Below, one piece after another: positions 37,691 to 49,575 of a stretch of DNA of 64,000 nucleotides; position 1 is the first letter of the stretch; each line of letters opens with the position of its first letter. Below the pieces are notes generated by a model, which was not told the DNA's origin, did not search any database, and saw only the letters and a program-made list of their open reading frames with translations. A program made the translations under genes and the position numbers. Source of the DNA: Orbicella franksi (Eukaryota); the NCBI GenBank assembly GCA_964199315.1, contig OZ116708.1, forward strand, positions 21,328,001 through 21,392,000, read 5' to 3'.

Positions 37691-37895
37691 AGGCCTGGGA
37701 ACAATCACATCAAACATGGCGGACAAACGGGCAAAAAAATTACGCACCTTTCGGGGTTTTATTTTAGGACACTGATCAATTTGCAAGCAGAGGATCGCGA
37801 TGCTGGACACTTATACCTGGCAGGGAACCCTTTTAGCGTCAATCTGTGCATTACGACTTGCAGACTAAAAGAGTAAAAATGTGAAGTTCAAGGCG

Positions 37896-40800
37896 ATGTC
37901 AATGGCTCTTCTAACAAAAGTTACAAAACGTGTTGTGCATGCGAGAAGCGCTGTTTCAACTCCGCTAAAATTAACTTTAGCTTTTCACAGAACATTTCCA
38001 TCAACGATGGGAGCTCCAGGATCTCACATGCCATTAAAGACCGTTGCAAGCGTACAGAATCGAACTCGTTCCCTTGTCCAAGCTCTTCGAACGGCCAAGA
38101 ATGAACAGTCAAGGTTGATTCGTCTAGAGGAATTTAACGACCACGTGCTTCGCTATCAAGGCGTCAGCAGAAGTCAGGCTATAAGAGAACAGGTGATAAG
38201 CACCCTGCTGGAAATCAGAAAGAAGGGAAATAAGGAGGTCCGTAAAGAAAGTCAGAAAGCTTTGGCTCTGTTGGGGTGGGTGGACCCCGTGAAGGGGAGA
38301 GGGATCAAGGTGTTGTCCATTGATGGCGGCGGATCCAGGTAAATACATGTAATGGGCCATTCCATTTTTATCTTTAACTTCACCCTCCCCTTCTCCCTTT
38401 ATTGAGGGTTGCAGAAATCTGAGGGGGAGAGAGTCTTTAAAGGTTGTTTCTGTGGGGGCAACTGAGTCGGTGCCTTTGATCTTTTATAAATTCTGAAGGC
38501 GGAAGAGTGTCAACACTTAGATATTCTTTTCTTTTTGGTAGGGCGTAAAAGATTACTTTTCTGAGGGGGTAAATGGAATGGTCTAATATGCTCTTATTGA
38601 CTAAGTAGGAGGGCTAAATGAGAAATATCTAGCTTGTGGTCATGATGTAAACAAGGGGCAACATTCATGTAGCTGAAACATGCAGGTTAATCTTAATCAG
38701 TAAATTGAGATGCAGTGGCCTAACAATGAGAAGGCTGGACTTCGGATTGGACAATGCGGGTTCAAGCCCTGGGTATGTCACTGAGTTGTATTCTGGGGTC
38801 AAACTTCATACTCTTTAATAACACAATGCCCTTTCTCCAACCAGGTCCAGTGTGTTCAAAGGAACAATAACACACTCTCCAGTGGATAGCACAATATTTG
38901 TTTTCACTGCTAGGATCTACTGGATAGCTGGATAGCTTCATCCACTGCCCGAAATCCTTACCCTGTTTAAGACCCAAATCTGTGATTTTCTCACCCCTAT
39001 TTATGGCCTGACCAAAATATTCAATACCCTATTGAAGACCTGACCATTAAATCAATACCCTGTTTCAGACCTTCCTTATAATTTGTTCCCTAGTTCAAAC
39101 CAATATTAAAGACATTGTGAAGGGCTTTTGTTGGTGGTTTTATTGAGAATGATGAAAAAGTAGCTTTTTCTAAAAAACAATTCAGGACTAGAGTGCAAAA
39201 ACCATATGCTAGTTGAGACCAAAATGGCTGAAATGGATATCCTATTTCTAACCAAAATGGCTAAAAAAAGGGGCTGCCTACCCCTAAAGGATCCACACTA
39301 GGGACAACTAGGCTCTAGGGTATAAAGGTGTACCAGCAAATTTCACTGCTGGAGGGGTATCCCTACAATGAACTAGCATGTAAGTAGTGACTTTTAAGAC
39401 CATGCTGGACAGGTTGGGCATTGGAAATATGTCCTTGCATTCATTGGATCTCATTGAGTTTTGCCACTTAACCTAGACTAGACTATATCTTACCCTAAAA
39501 TTGGCATGGTGAGATATACAGTGTAGGTATAGACCTATACGTAAAGTACCACTCAAAAGTTAGTTACCACCCTCTGTAAGATGACAATCTTGCCTCTTGA
39601 GATGAGACTCAACAAGACTCTCGTCTCAAGAGACGAGACTCATATTGTTAGTTGAGACACTCATCTTGCAAGAGCTTTAAAAAACTGTAAACTGTAACAT
39701 TGCTTGGACTTCTCCCACGATTTAATTGCCTGTTGTAAAGCAAACATGAAGCTACATCATAGCAAAACTTCATGTGCCCTGAGGAAGCTTCGCTTGCAAG
39801 CTCCTGCCAAACTCTGTTGTTTACCGTGCTTCTTGATAATGGTATGCATGAATATGCTGCAAAGTTTTAAATCAAAAACATATCGTTCATCGCTTTCAGG
39901 GTGTTACAGTGAAAGACCTGTACGTACGCTGAAAGTTCTTTTTTCACTGGTCGATCATAGTGGCTTCTTTTGCCAAGCGAACAGCGTGATTAATGAAGTC
40001 ATTCACTATATATTGTAATCATGGTAACTTTAAATTATTTTCTGTGTTAGAGGTCTGATATCCATTGAAATCCTTAAGAGAATTGAAGAGCTTTGCAACA
40101 AGGAGATTTATGAGTTATTTGACTTAATCTGTGGTGCTTCAACTGGTGCTATCCTAGCTTTCTTGATCGGCATCAAGAAAGTTCCACTGGAGGAGTGTGA
40201 AAGCACATATAGAAAGCTCAGTATGGATATATTTGAACAAAATACTCTGATAGGAACAGGGAAATTGTTCTGGAATCATGCCTACTACGACACTGCTAAG
40301 TTTGAACAGATTCTCAAGTGAGTATGACTTTTTGTGTATCTTTCTGTTTTTCTGTTTTCTGTAGAAATGTATTTTTTTATCCAAACAAGTTTTCAATTAT
40401 TTTAGATCATCCCAATTGTTTGGATTCTTTTCTGATAATGAATCTCGGGGACAAGAGATATCTTTTGTTATTTTTGTCATATCATTCTATCAAGAAGTTA
40501 CCAGTTCACTTCCACAGTATTGTGTTATGTGAGTGCACATGGGTACATGGTCATATACACAGTATGGATTCAGTGTAGGGGGGGTGGGGTGTAATCTAGA
40601 AAGTCATACACAGGAAGCCCCCCTTGGAATGAAGCTAGTGAACAATGTTACAGGAGAACATCAAGCATTACCAAAAGAGATGTTAACCAAACAAAAAGGA
40701 TTATTTGTCAAGTTCATGTTGTGACGGGAGTCAAGATACTCTGATTTCCATACCCTATCATATACCTCAATTTATGAAATCCCTAATATCCTTTAATATA

Positions 40801-43800
40801 CATGTACCTGGAGCCTGGGAAAGGTAACCCTTTCAGGCGGAGCCTCCCCACATCCATAGGGTATTATAGGGAGTACCCTGTCTCCCAGGGTGCAGGGAGG
40901 TTGGTACTGACAGTGACCAATCGTTAGTTCCTGAGTTGGTTTGGTTTATAATGCAATAAAGGATGGTGTAATAAGTGGTACATTTGTGGCTTTGCAAGTA
41001 GCAAGGCATAATCTTTTCTGTAAGCTGAAGACATAGTCTTGCAAAAGAAATCAAAATAGCATCACGCAAAAATTCTACACAGTTAAGCACACTTAAAGGT
41101 TCAAGGACCATCCTTTTTATTTTTTTTAAAAAAAGGAAAGAAAGTGGAGATCAAAGGTTGATAGATTCTGCTAAGGATACAACTATTCCCAAGGTATTTG
41201 TACACCAAATTGTTTTATAATGTGATGCTTACCTGGCTGTATAATACACTGTAATTAATGTGGGAAGAAGGAATTGAAATCATGCTTATAACTTGTTTAT
41301 AATTTTCAGCCCTGCCCCCAAAATGTGCCGACAGCAGACAGTTCTGCTCTGAACTTGATACTGGAGTTCACAAATCCTAGCTAATGACAAATCCCTGTAC
41401 CTGCCTGTTTCATGTATAATCCTGTCAGCAACTACATACATGTACAACACAGTACATTTTGGCAGGGCTGAAATTATGTTGGACTCTTCCCCTTTAACAA
41501 ATGTAACTGTTATTTTATCAGCTCATCATGCAATGTCAATCATTGATCAAAAGGTTGATTCCAGTGCCATGTATATCTCAAATACACATGGACTACAAGT
41601 CAATCTCGCATTTTGAAACTCTTTTTCACAAACATTCCCACATAACATTCTTTTAGAAAAAGATTCAAGTTGGTAAATGTCCGTATTGGACTGGAACTGG
41701 AGAATCTTTTCAAATTCATAGACACTTTAATGATATCATCCTATAATATTATTACAGGGGTTTCATTAATGTTTTCAGAAGGTGGGCGACTGGTTTTTAT
41801 ATATATAGCCGGGCAAAACTATTTCCACTGAACCTCTTTGTAAGAAAAACTTCCCGCTAGGTGGCCATACTAGGCAGGCTAACTTGTCCTCACAGATGGT
41901 CAATTTGCCCTGTGCCCTGCCCTTAATAAAAACCCTGAAATATAGTTCATTCCAAGGTAGGTACTTTGTATTGCTTTCTACATGTCCAGTATGATCTGGT
42001 CTTCTGAATGTCTAGAGCTCCAGTTAAATGGTCATGAGCTAGGGTTTATCCAAAGAGTTTAAAAGTAGTGAGAGTTCCCTGGTACCTGTTCGTGATAATA
42101 AACATTTGCCAGTGCTACCAACTGATTCACATTCACAATTGAAACATCAGTCACTAAACTACCCAAGGATCTTGCAGTAATTACTTTGGCTGAAAACAAA
42201 GTCACTTAATTAGTGCTTTCACTACGAAGAATACCAGAGTTGACAGCAAAGAACATATTTGAAAAATATTTACATGTAACACTAAGTAACACATGAAAGT
42301 ACTGCTCAATAGCTTTCATTTGAAGGGTCACACACTGGGGTTTCATCATTTAGAAACCTCTTGTACAGGGTAACAAACAGTACCACATGAAAGTATTGCT
42401 CAATAGCTTTCATTTGAATGGTCACACACTAGGGTTTCAACCACAGAGTCTGGAGGATTTAAAAGTTTTTAACAGTTCTATTGTCATTGCTCATGTCAGT
42501 ACAGGTGGCTGCAGTGTCCACAGTAGTGAATCATTCTATCCTGTTGCCTTATGTGTTCAGTAACTACACACATCCTTATGGTTCCATCTCAAAGTTTCCT
42601 CAGAGCTGTAAGCACAGGCTGTGGGAGGCGTTAAGAGCATCTACTGCAGCACCTGGCTTCTTTGAGGAGTTTAAACTTGGACATGAGATCCATCAGGTAT
42701 TTTAAAAAACTGTAGCTTAGATTGCACTCTTCTCGGTGACAAGCGCCTTTATTTGGCCTATTTTTCAACTGTCATTATCGTCTTCAGGGTTTTGATATCG
42801 CTATACAGTACATGTCTTTTTTTATTTGATTTCGACTCTTTTTCCCCAGAAAACGAACGTTATCGTCCCAGTTTGAGCCACGCCCATCCATGTTGACCGA
42901 ATGTGTTAGCAAAAAAGTGCCCAGGTTCGAGTATAGTCGACAACATGGGTGGAGTTGCATTGGCCAGAACATATGAACCTAAGTACGTTCTGACGAACCA
43001 TTAATATTTTCTCATTCAGCCCACCCACTCAGTCAATAACCTCAGTATTTGCTCGCTCTCTTGCCTACGTGCCTTCTATTTAAAAATTTATCGTAGCCAC
43101 CCACCTACAGTTACAACTTACCCACCCCTTCCTTCATTCAGAATGTCATGTTCTTCACAGGATGGTGGCCTTCTTACAAATAACCCTTGTGCTATAGCTG
43201 TTCACGAGGCGAGGCTGCTGTGGCCAGATGAGCCTTTTCAGTGTATAGTGTCTCTGGGAACTGGAAAGTACAAGGGGAGGTCTGGACCAAGCACGGTGGA
43301 ATTTAGCAGTTTGCGAGAGAAGCTGCTGAAAGTTGTGGCCAGTGCAACGGATACTGAAGGTGGGGATTAGCGAAAGGATTGCTTTAAATGTATGTTTTGT
43401 ACAAGCGGCTGAAATTTTTCAGAGGTGACATGAGCACATGCCATTTTGGCAGTATCTTATTCCTGGGGACGGACCGTTATTTTTCTGAGGAGGCAGGGGG
43501 CGGGGGCTGGGCAATTTTCTGGGGCTTGAAATTTTTTTTCTCACCTTTAGGTTATGTATCATTTTGTTCTTGTTGTCGGGCAATACCTTGTGCAAGAATT
43601 TTTTTTAAAGTCAAACACAGTACCTTGACAGTAGAAAGTACTTGCTCGATTATTTCCCACATGGCTCCCCTTCCACGACTTTTTTTTAGCCGATTTTGCT
43701 CTGCAGGGATTTTTTGTTGCGAAATTGCCCAACCCCCCTCCCCCTTCAAAAATAATGTTCCGTCCCTTAGAATCCAATTTTTGTTGGCCAATCACAAAAT

Positions 43801-45112
43801 TGCACAACCACTCTGAAAATATTCATGCTGCTGTGGTGCCATGTTGTTGCTAAGCAACTTCGAAGTATATAATAATTTTACTTGTCAGTCATGTTGCATG
43901 TGTCCAAATTACTCTATGTATGAGATTATTCAAAAAAAAGTCATGCGCGCGATTGTATGGGATTTCAGGTTTCTAACACAATGTGAAGAGGAATGTCTCA
44001 AAATCCGCCAGCGTAGCTTAAGTCTTCGTTTCCTAAGAAGAGTAGTTCGTCTAGAGACATCTGACATATTGACCCGGAAATGACTTGCTGATAACAAAGC
44101 TCTGTTACTTACAAGGGAAAATTCAAAACGGAGAAACGACTTTTCAAACACAGCGAGGAAGTTTAGTGTCGAACCTCAGACATCTGGCAGTCAAGCGGAG
44201 GAAACATTTAGCGAGCAGAAAGTTCTGTTTATCCAGATTGATCTCTAACTATTTTTCTTTTTTCTTTGAACAAATAGACCTTTTGACGGTTTTTGACATC
44301 GTCTTACTTAGGGGGAGAGGGAGTCGGGGAAAACACGCCAAAACATTACTAACAGTAAATGTATGGGGAAAGTAGACAATCTAATGTTTAACAACTCACG
44401 ACAAATTCTAGTTCTGAAATGTCTATGAATTAAAAACTAAAGATACCTGGTAGAAGAAGTTACTGATAAAATTTCAGGGAAATAGCCTCGCTAGAAAAGA
44501 AAGAATTAAGGTTTTCATTTTCCCATACATTTTTCTGTAAACCGAGTTGCAATTCGCGGGAAAATTTACAGATGTTTGCATGAAGAATTAAAAGTGCTAT
44601 TGCACGCTTCACAGGAATCTATGTTCTTCACATTTAATCAAATAAACTTTTTCTGGGTATCTTTTCCTTGTAACTCATGAAATCTTTACTTTCAAGTTAT
44701 TGGGCATTGGGCTTTTAACTTTTCCCAAAACATGTACTGTTTGCACACGCTCCAGCCCTCCCCCCTCCCTCTTGCAAGCAAGATGGCGTCAGAAATCGTG
44801 AAACGGTCTATAAAAACCGTATACGTAATGTTCATATATTTTATCCGCTTTTGGTGTTTTCCAGCTATTGACACCGTTCTTAGTGACATTTTACCGAAGA
44901 ACGTTTATTTCCGCTGGAACCCAAACATGTCAGCGGATATACCCATGGACGAGGGTCGAATAGAGATGTTGGAACAGATCCAATTTGATGCTAGAAGACA
45001 TTTGGAAAAAGTGGACGACAGCTTAAAAACCTGTGCGAGAAGTCTGCTACAAAGCAAAACTGTTGTAGATCGATCTATGGACAAATTTAGGGCTTGGTAT
45101 AGGACTACGTGA
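37896..45112 (+). CDS. PNPLA8: Calcium-independent phospholipase A2-gamma (patatin-like phospholipase 8), 6 exons, 468 aa
   Basis: Exons 37896-38338, 40051-40317, 41136-41193, 42505-42696, 43161-43359 and 44865-45112 are phase-compatible. Motifs: LALLGWVDPVKGRGIKVLSIDGGGSRG glycine loop, GASTG nucleophile, ALRASTAAPGFF, QDGGLLTNNP catalytic Asp, CIVSLGTG, SATDTE, YFRWNP. The basic, acid-poor N-terminus (MSMALLTKVTKRVVHARS) resembles a mitochondrial presequence. Confidence 0.95.
38353..38585. mobile_element. MITE at the start of PNPLA8 intron 1
   Basis: TIRs tgggccattccattt / aaatggaatggtcta match 13/15. Confidence 0.6.
38706..39380 (+). mobile_element. tRNA-derived SINE split into two pieces (38706-38846 and 39315-39380) by later insertions
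   Basis: Head has A-box-like tggcctaac and B-box gggttcaagccc and runs to ctccaaccaggt. The SINE core resumes as ctagggtataaaggtgtaccagcaaatttcactgctggagggg...actagcat about 470 bp later. Confidence 0.65.
38847..39314. mobile_element. Two DNA-transposon-derived fragments inserted in the SINE
   Basis: ccagtgtgttcaaagg...ccagtggatagc (tggatag family) followed by the 'accctattt...gaccaaaat' family (38950-39290); both recalled as common coral MITEs. Confidence 0.55.
40720..40895. mobile_element. Fragment of a coral MITE family ending in ggcggagcctcccc...tatagggagtacc
   Basis: gaaaggtaaccctttcaggcggagcctcccc...gtattatagggagtaccc, recalled from coral genomes. Confidence 0.45.
42290..42450 (-). 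repeat. 'atgaaagct' repeat family, two copies in PNPLA8 intron 3
   Basis: catgaaagtactgctcaatagctttcatttgaa(g/t)ggtcacacact occurs twice. Confidence 0.8.
43466..43766. mobile_element. MITE with gggacgga terminal inverted repeats (Harbinger-like)
   Basis: Left end gggacggaccgttatttttctgagg; the right end ccttcaaaaataatgttccgtccc is followed by TTA. Confidence 0.6.
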
Positions 45113-45857
45113 GACATTGTTAAAAGCGTGTTACAGAAAGTCATCATATTACTTTTGTTTGTGTCCTCGAAATAGTTAGGATTCGTTGCCGCACGATAGT
45201 TTAAAACCTTCATTGCGAGAAGTTTTTTTTTTAGATCGTTCTTGTGGATAAGTGTAGTGATTGGCTAGTATAAAGCATTTCTTGAAGATCCATTTACGTT
45301 GAAGAGAGTCAAGTACTTATTTTTCATTTTGAGAAATAAATTAAATTCGTTACAGTACAAACTCGTTAAAAATTGAAAGAATATTACAGTTTTATAATTA
45401 AAGCTACAGTGAAACTTGTAAATGTTGTTACCAGAGTAATAAATTACCTCACATTCCACAATCACAGCATCGTTAAAGTTGTTAAAAATTCTATCCATCT
45501 CGTGTGCTTATAAAATGTATATGATACGATTTTTTTTTTTTTTTTTGCCATTGTTAATTAAAAATTGTCAAAAAAAAAAAATAGTGCTTTCCATTGTCCT
45601 AGATAAGCAAACTTCAAAAGTGATTCTTCCTGTTTAAAGGAAAGTAATTTTACGAGTGGAAATTTAAAATATTCCGCGCTTAATTTGATTAAAGAGACAA
45701 ACCAATCAAAAGCTTGCACATCATTCCGTGCGTGGCTGCTAATGTTTGAAAATTTAAATTGCAAATTATACATGACATGAGGCATTGTCGATTGTGTTCT
45801 ACGCACAAGTATTTACCATCCACGTTCAAAATTTCATCTAGTAGAACTCTACCTTAC

Positions 45858-48216
45858 CTTCGCCCATTTCTAGCTTAATATCAAGTTGCTGTTTGGGATT
45901 GTCTTTGCGTTGGGAGTCGTTCCAAGAACTTTACTTCAAGCTGGAGCGCTTGCAGCACGTGCTTCAAGAAGCCAACGATGTCATCGTTTATTCTTTGTAT
46001 ATAATCCTTCACAAGAAGGTAAGAACTGTACAAGGTAGTAACAGTTTTCTATAGAGCTTGCAACCTCAGCCTTTCATCCTGTCTGAGAGGAAAGCGTTGT
46101 ACAAAATCTGCGTGAAATAGTCAACAACAACGATATGCCAAATATAAGTTATTCATTCCATACTAGAATAAGTATTTACTTCAAATAACAACTTATCTGA
46201 AGCAAATGCGCAAATAACAGAAACAAGTAATTTAGTTATCTACTTTTTATCCCTCTTTCAGGAAACCTTTTGACGATAAACCGGAGATTGCAATGGAAAC
46301 ATCCATAATGGAATAACTTCAGGTAACGTAATCGTGTTATTTCCAGGCTGGGAATTTCAGTTCTCCCTACGTTGTTACCACACATTTGTTGTAACATTAG
46401 CTCTGAGAATATAGTAGCTTATCAAGACAGAGTCCGCTTTCTATGCTAGAAGAGTCCTTTTCAGACTCTATCCTTCCCTCCCCCCCCCCCCCCCGAAAAA
46501 TCCATTTTACCACTTGTGCTTGACTTGGGTATTCGTGGCTCCGTTACTGGAGGTTGCATTAACATTGAAAATTTAATTTGCTAGTCTTGGAACAAATACT
46601 GTTATTTGTCTGTTTGGTTTTTGTTTGTTTAATTTTTCTCTGAGAACATGATAACTTACTGGGTTGTTTTCTTAATTCCTCTGTAGGTCATTGGTATTGC
46701 TTTGTGCAGGCGATTGGCGAGATTAAACTGATGAGCTGGACGAGGGTGCTCTCTTATTACGACAGTGGTGAGTTCTTGGCTCTCGTTTTATCTCGCATCA
46801 GTTGTGCATAAGTAAAAACAACTTTTCAAAAATATAAGTGTCGATAAGTGAGATGAGATTAAAACTCTACAATGTGACTGGAGTTTCACTGCTCTCCAAG
46901 AACTTAGGGTATTGTCTGTGACTCGGAAAAAAGAATCTTTTGAGCGTATGCAGATTAAAGTAAATACGATGTTTGTTTTGGAAAGGTTTCCGTATGCAGT
47001 TGAGGCAGCTGATCGACCTAAAGAAATTTTTATTTCTGTAGTGCTTGTTCGTGGTCGATGGTGCAATTTTGACCCACGATAGGCTAAAACAAAAGTCTGA
47101 GTGAAAGTTTCTGTGGTGGAACCCACTTGGTACAAAGCTCTTCTGAATATCTTATTGGCTATTTCATGATTTTCACTGGTCCTGTTCACTTCTTTATTGT
47201 ATACTTATTCTTTGTTCGGCTGACCTTGAATGACCCTCTTTTGGTACCCTTGAGCCGCCATGTTGTTTTTCGTGTTAAAATGTAAATAAATCACGTGACT
47301 TCTAATGGGTAAATTAATTCAAATTGGGCGATGATTTCGACCAGTTTTCTTGTGTTATTATTAAGTTTTCAAAGCTAGTCGAGATTTTATTTTCTTACTT
47401 TTTTACTTCAATACCTTTCGTTTTCATGCGGTTTACATTTCATGTGTTTTACATTTGGGCAATTTTCACGTCCAAACGTTCGCGCAAGAATTTGTTGACA
47501 ACTTTGATCGAAGTGTGCCATGCAACACAAGTAATATTTACACCTTTTTTTCCGATATTTTTTCCCCGCATTTTTAACGACTCGCCAATTAACGAAAAGA
47601 AATCCTTCTTCTCCTCATTTGAGAATAGAAACCGTCATGTTTGGGCTAGAATTTGGACTATCGAAGGGCAGGAAAGGTTGAAAGTTAAACAGCAGTGACC
47701 GTAATGTTTCAAAAGTATAAATTTTTTCTCAAGTTAACAGGTAATTAACTCGGAACTAATTTTATTTCCAAACTGCGAAAAGGTATTTGTTATATCGCTT
47801 TCAGATATTTTGTTATATAAATGTGACTTTTAGGACGAGGTGATCTCAAACATCGCCTCATTTGCAGTGTTAGCTTATGTTTGATACCTGATTGCGGACC
47901 GCGTGATTATCTTGCATAATAACAAGGAAACCAATATGGCGGCCATCTTGAAAAAAAGCGTACAGTAATATTTAATTATGCGAACAAAATGTCTCTTACT
48001 TCGCTACTTACAGTGGAAATAACCCACTATTCACGTGTTTTATCAAGGTAATCAATTATTAACATATATGGTTTTTCTTTATATTTTCTTAGAGTACCTC
48101 CTTGCTTCGGATTCCCTGTGGACTCGTGTGGATTCACATCGAGGACAGATACCTGCTGATATGAAGTAAATTCTGGAATATGCTTAATATGGCTTCTGTT
48201 TTCCGAGCTTCAATAG
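45858..48216. other. Unresolved spliced locus (lncRNA, small gene or pseudogene) with exon-like segments on both strands
   Basis: + strand AG/GT exons at 45874-46018, 46262-46322, 46687-46767 and 48093-48216. - strand ATG at 47261 with a donor at 47224, an E-box at 47290-47299, and a - strand exon at 45858-46025. Confidence 0.4.
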
Positions 48217-49575
48217 GTAAATGGCAGCAAGTTATTTTAGATACGAATCTAAGAGTAAAGATTTTGAAAACCTTCAATCTCGAGCAGTCTTCAACATCCA
48301 GTTTCTCCTTAAGAATGATCAAGAACATTTATTACATATTCAAAGGAAAGATTGTCTTGATGTGATATCAAATTCTCAGAACTGATTTTAAAAGAATTGT
48401 ATGTGTTTTGGCAGAGAGAATCCATATTTCAGGCATTTTGAACTGAAAAGAGTACGGAGTAATAAACGCAGACCCATGATATTAAAGTCAGAGACTTGAA
48501 AAAAATAATTTTTCTACCAGTCAACTCGATGTATTCTTTTGGAAGAATTCTGTGGTAATTTGAAAGTGTATTCGATTCTATTTCCTTTAAATTTCACTGA
48601 ATTTAATCGCTGGATTATGAAGTCATTTGACGTTAAATCACGGATTAGGAGGAATATATTCCTGATATTTTGAAACGGGCATCTCAAAACAGTTTTAAAA
48701 TATTATATCGGCCTTGTAGAGAACAGGGGCTAAGTTTCTCAACGCTTTTCATTTTTATTGGCGAAAATGTTCTTTTCTGTTTGAACTCTTCGGCTTTAAT
48801 GGGTCTGCGTTTATAAACCGTGTTTAACGTTTTGAAAACTTTCAGCTCATCTCGTTTTTGCAATGAAATTTAGAGCAATGCTATGAATTTGAAAGTTTAA
48901 AAATTGACATTCATTTAGCTTTGTTTCGATGTTATATTGGAGACCTGAAACATTTCGTTTCACGGTCTTCAAAATTATTTGTAAACATGACATAGTTACC
49001 AAAATGCGACATCAAACTTCAACTATTTTTCTTCAATCTAGATTATTTGTAGTCTTTCCTTAGCAGAATCCGTAGTTTGTCAAAGCAAAGGAAATGTAAT
49101 TTACTCTACTCTGTATCACAGTTTTATTTCTTCGCCAAGAATTTTCAGCTTGCTACCGACTATGACATACTGTGGTAATTATTTTAGATAGTTTTATCCT
49201 TAGTTTACCATTGAATAATTTCTCTTGTATGGTCTTTTATTTTTTCATCTTTGTAATGTTACAGATAATTTTCACACTTAGAAAAATAAGCATTCATTGT
49301 AAACAACTTCAATGGTTTATTAAAGTGTTCAATAAACAAACAAACAAAAACAATTGTTGTGAACAAAGAAGTCTTGGTTTAATTAAAAAAATAATGCGCT
49401 TTTAAAAGGGGACTGGAAACTAGTCAAAATGTAGGCTATCTCTTTTTATATTTTTTGACTATGTAGGGTTGCCAATAAAGGAAAAAGTTCTGCATTTTAA
49501 AACGGGGACTAGTGAAAAAATCAAAATAAATGTTGCCTTTTAATGGGCCAAATCTGTTTGCAAACTGCACAGATT

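Noticed and set aside
38706-38780. tRNA gene
   Set aside because: It has A/B-box-like motifs but no cloverleaf and continues into a SINE body.
46262-46322. Selenocysteine read-through of the in-frame TGA in the 61-nt exon
   Set aside because: A TAA follows two codons later in the same frame, and no SECIS was recognised.
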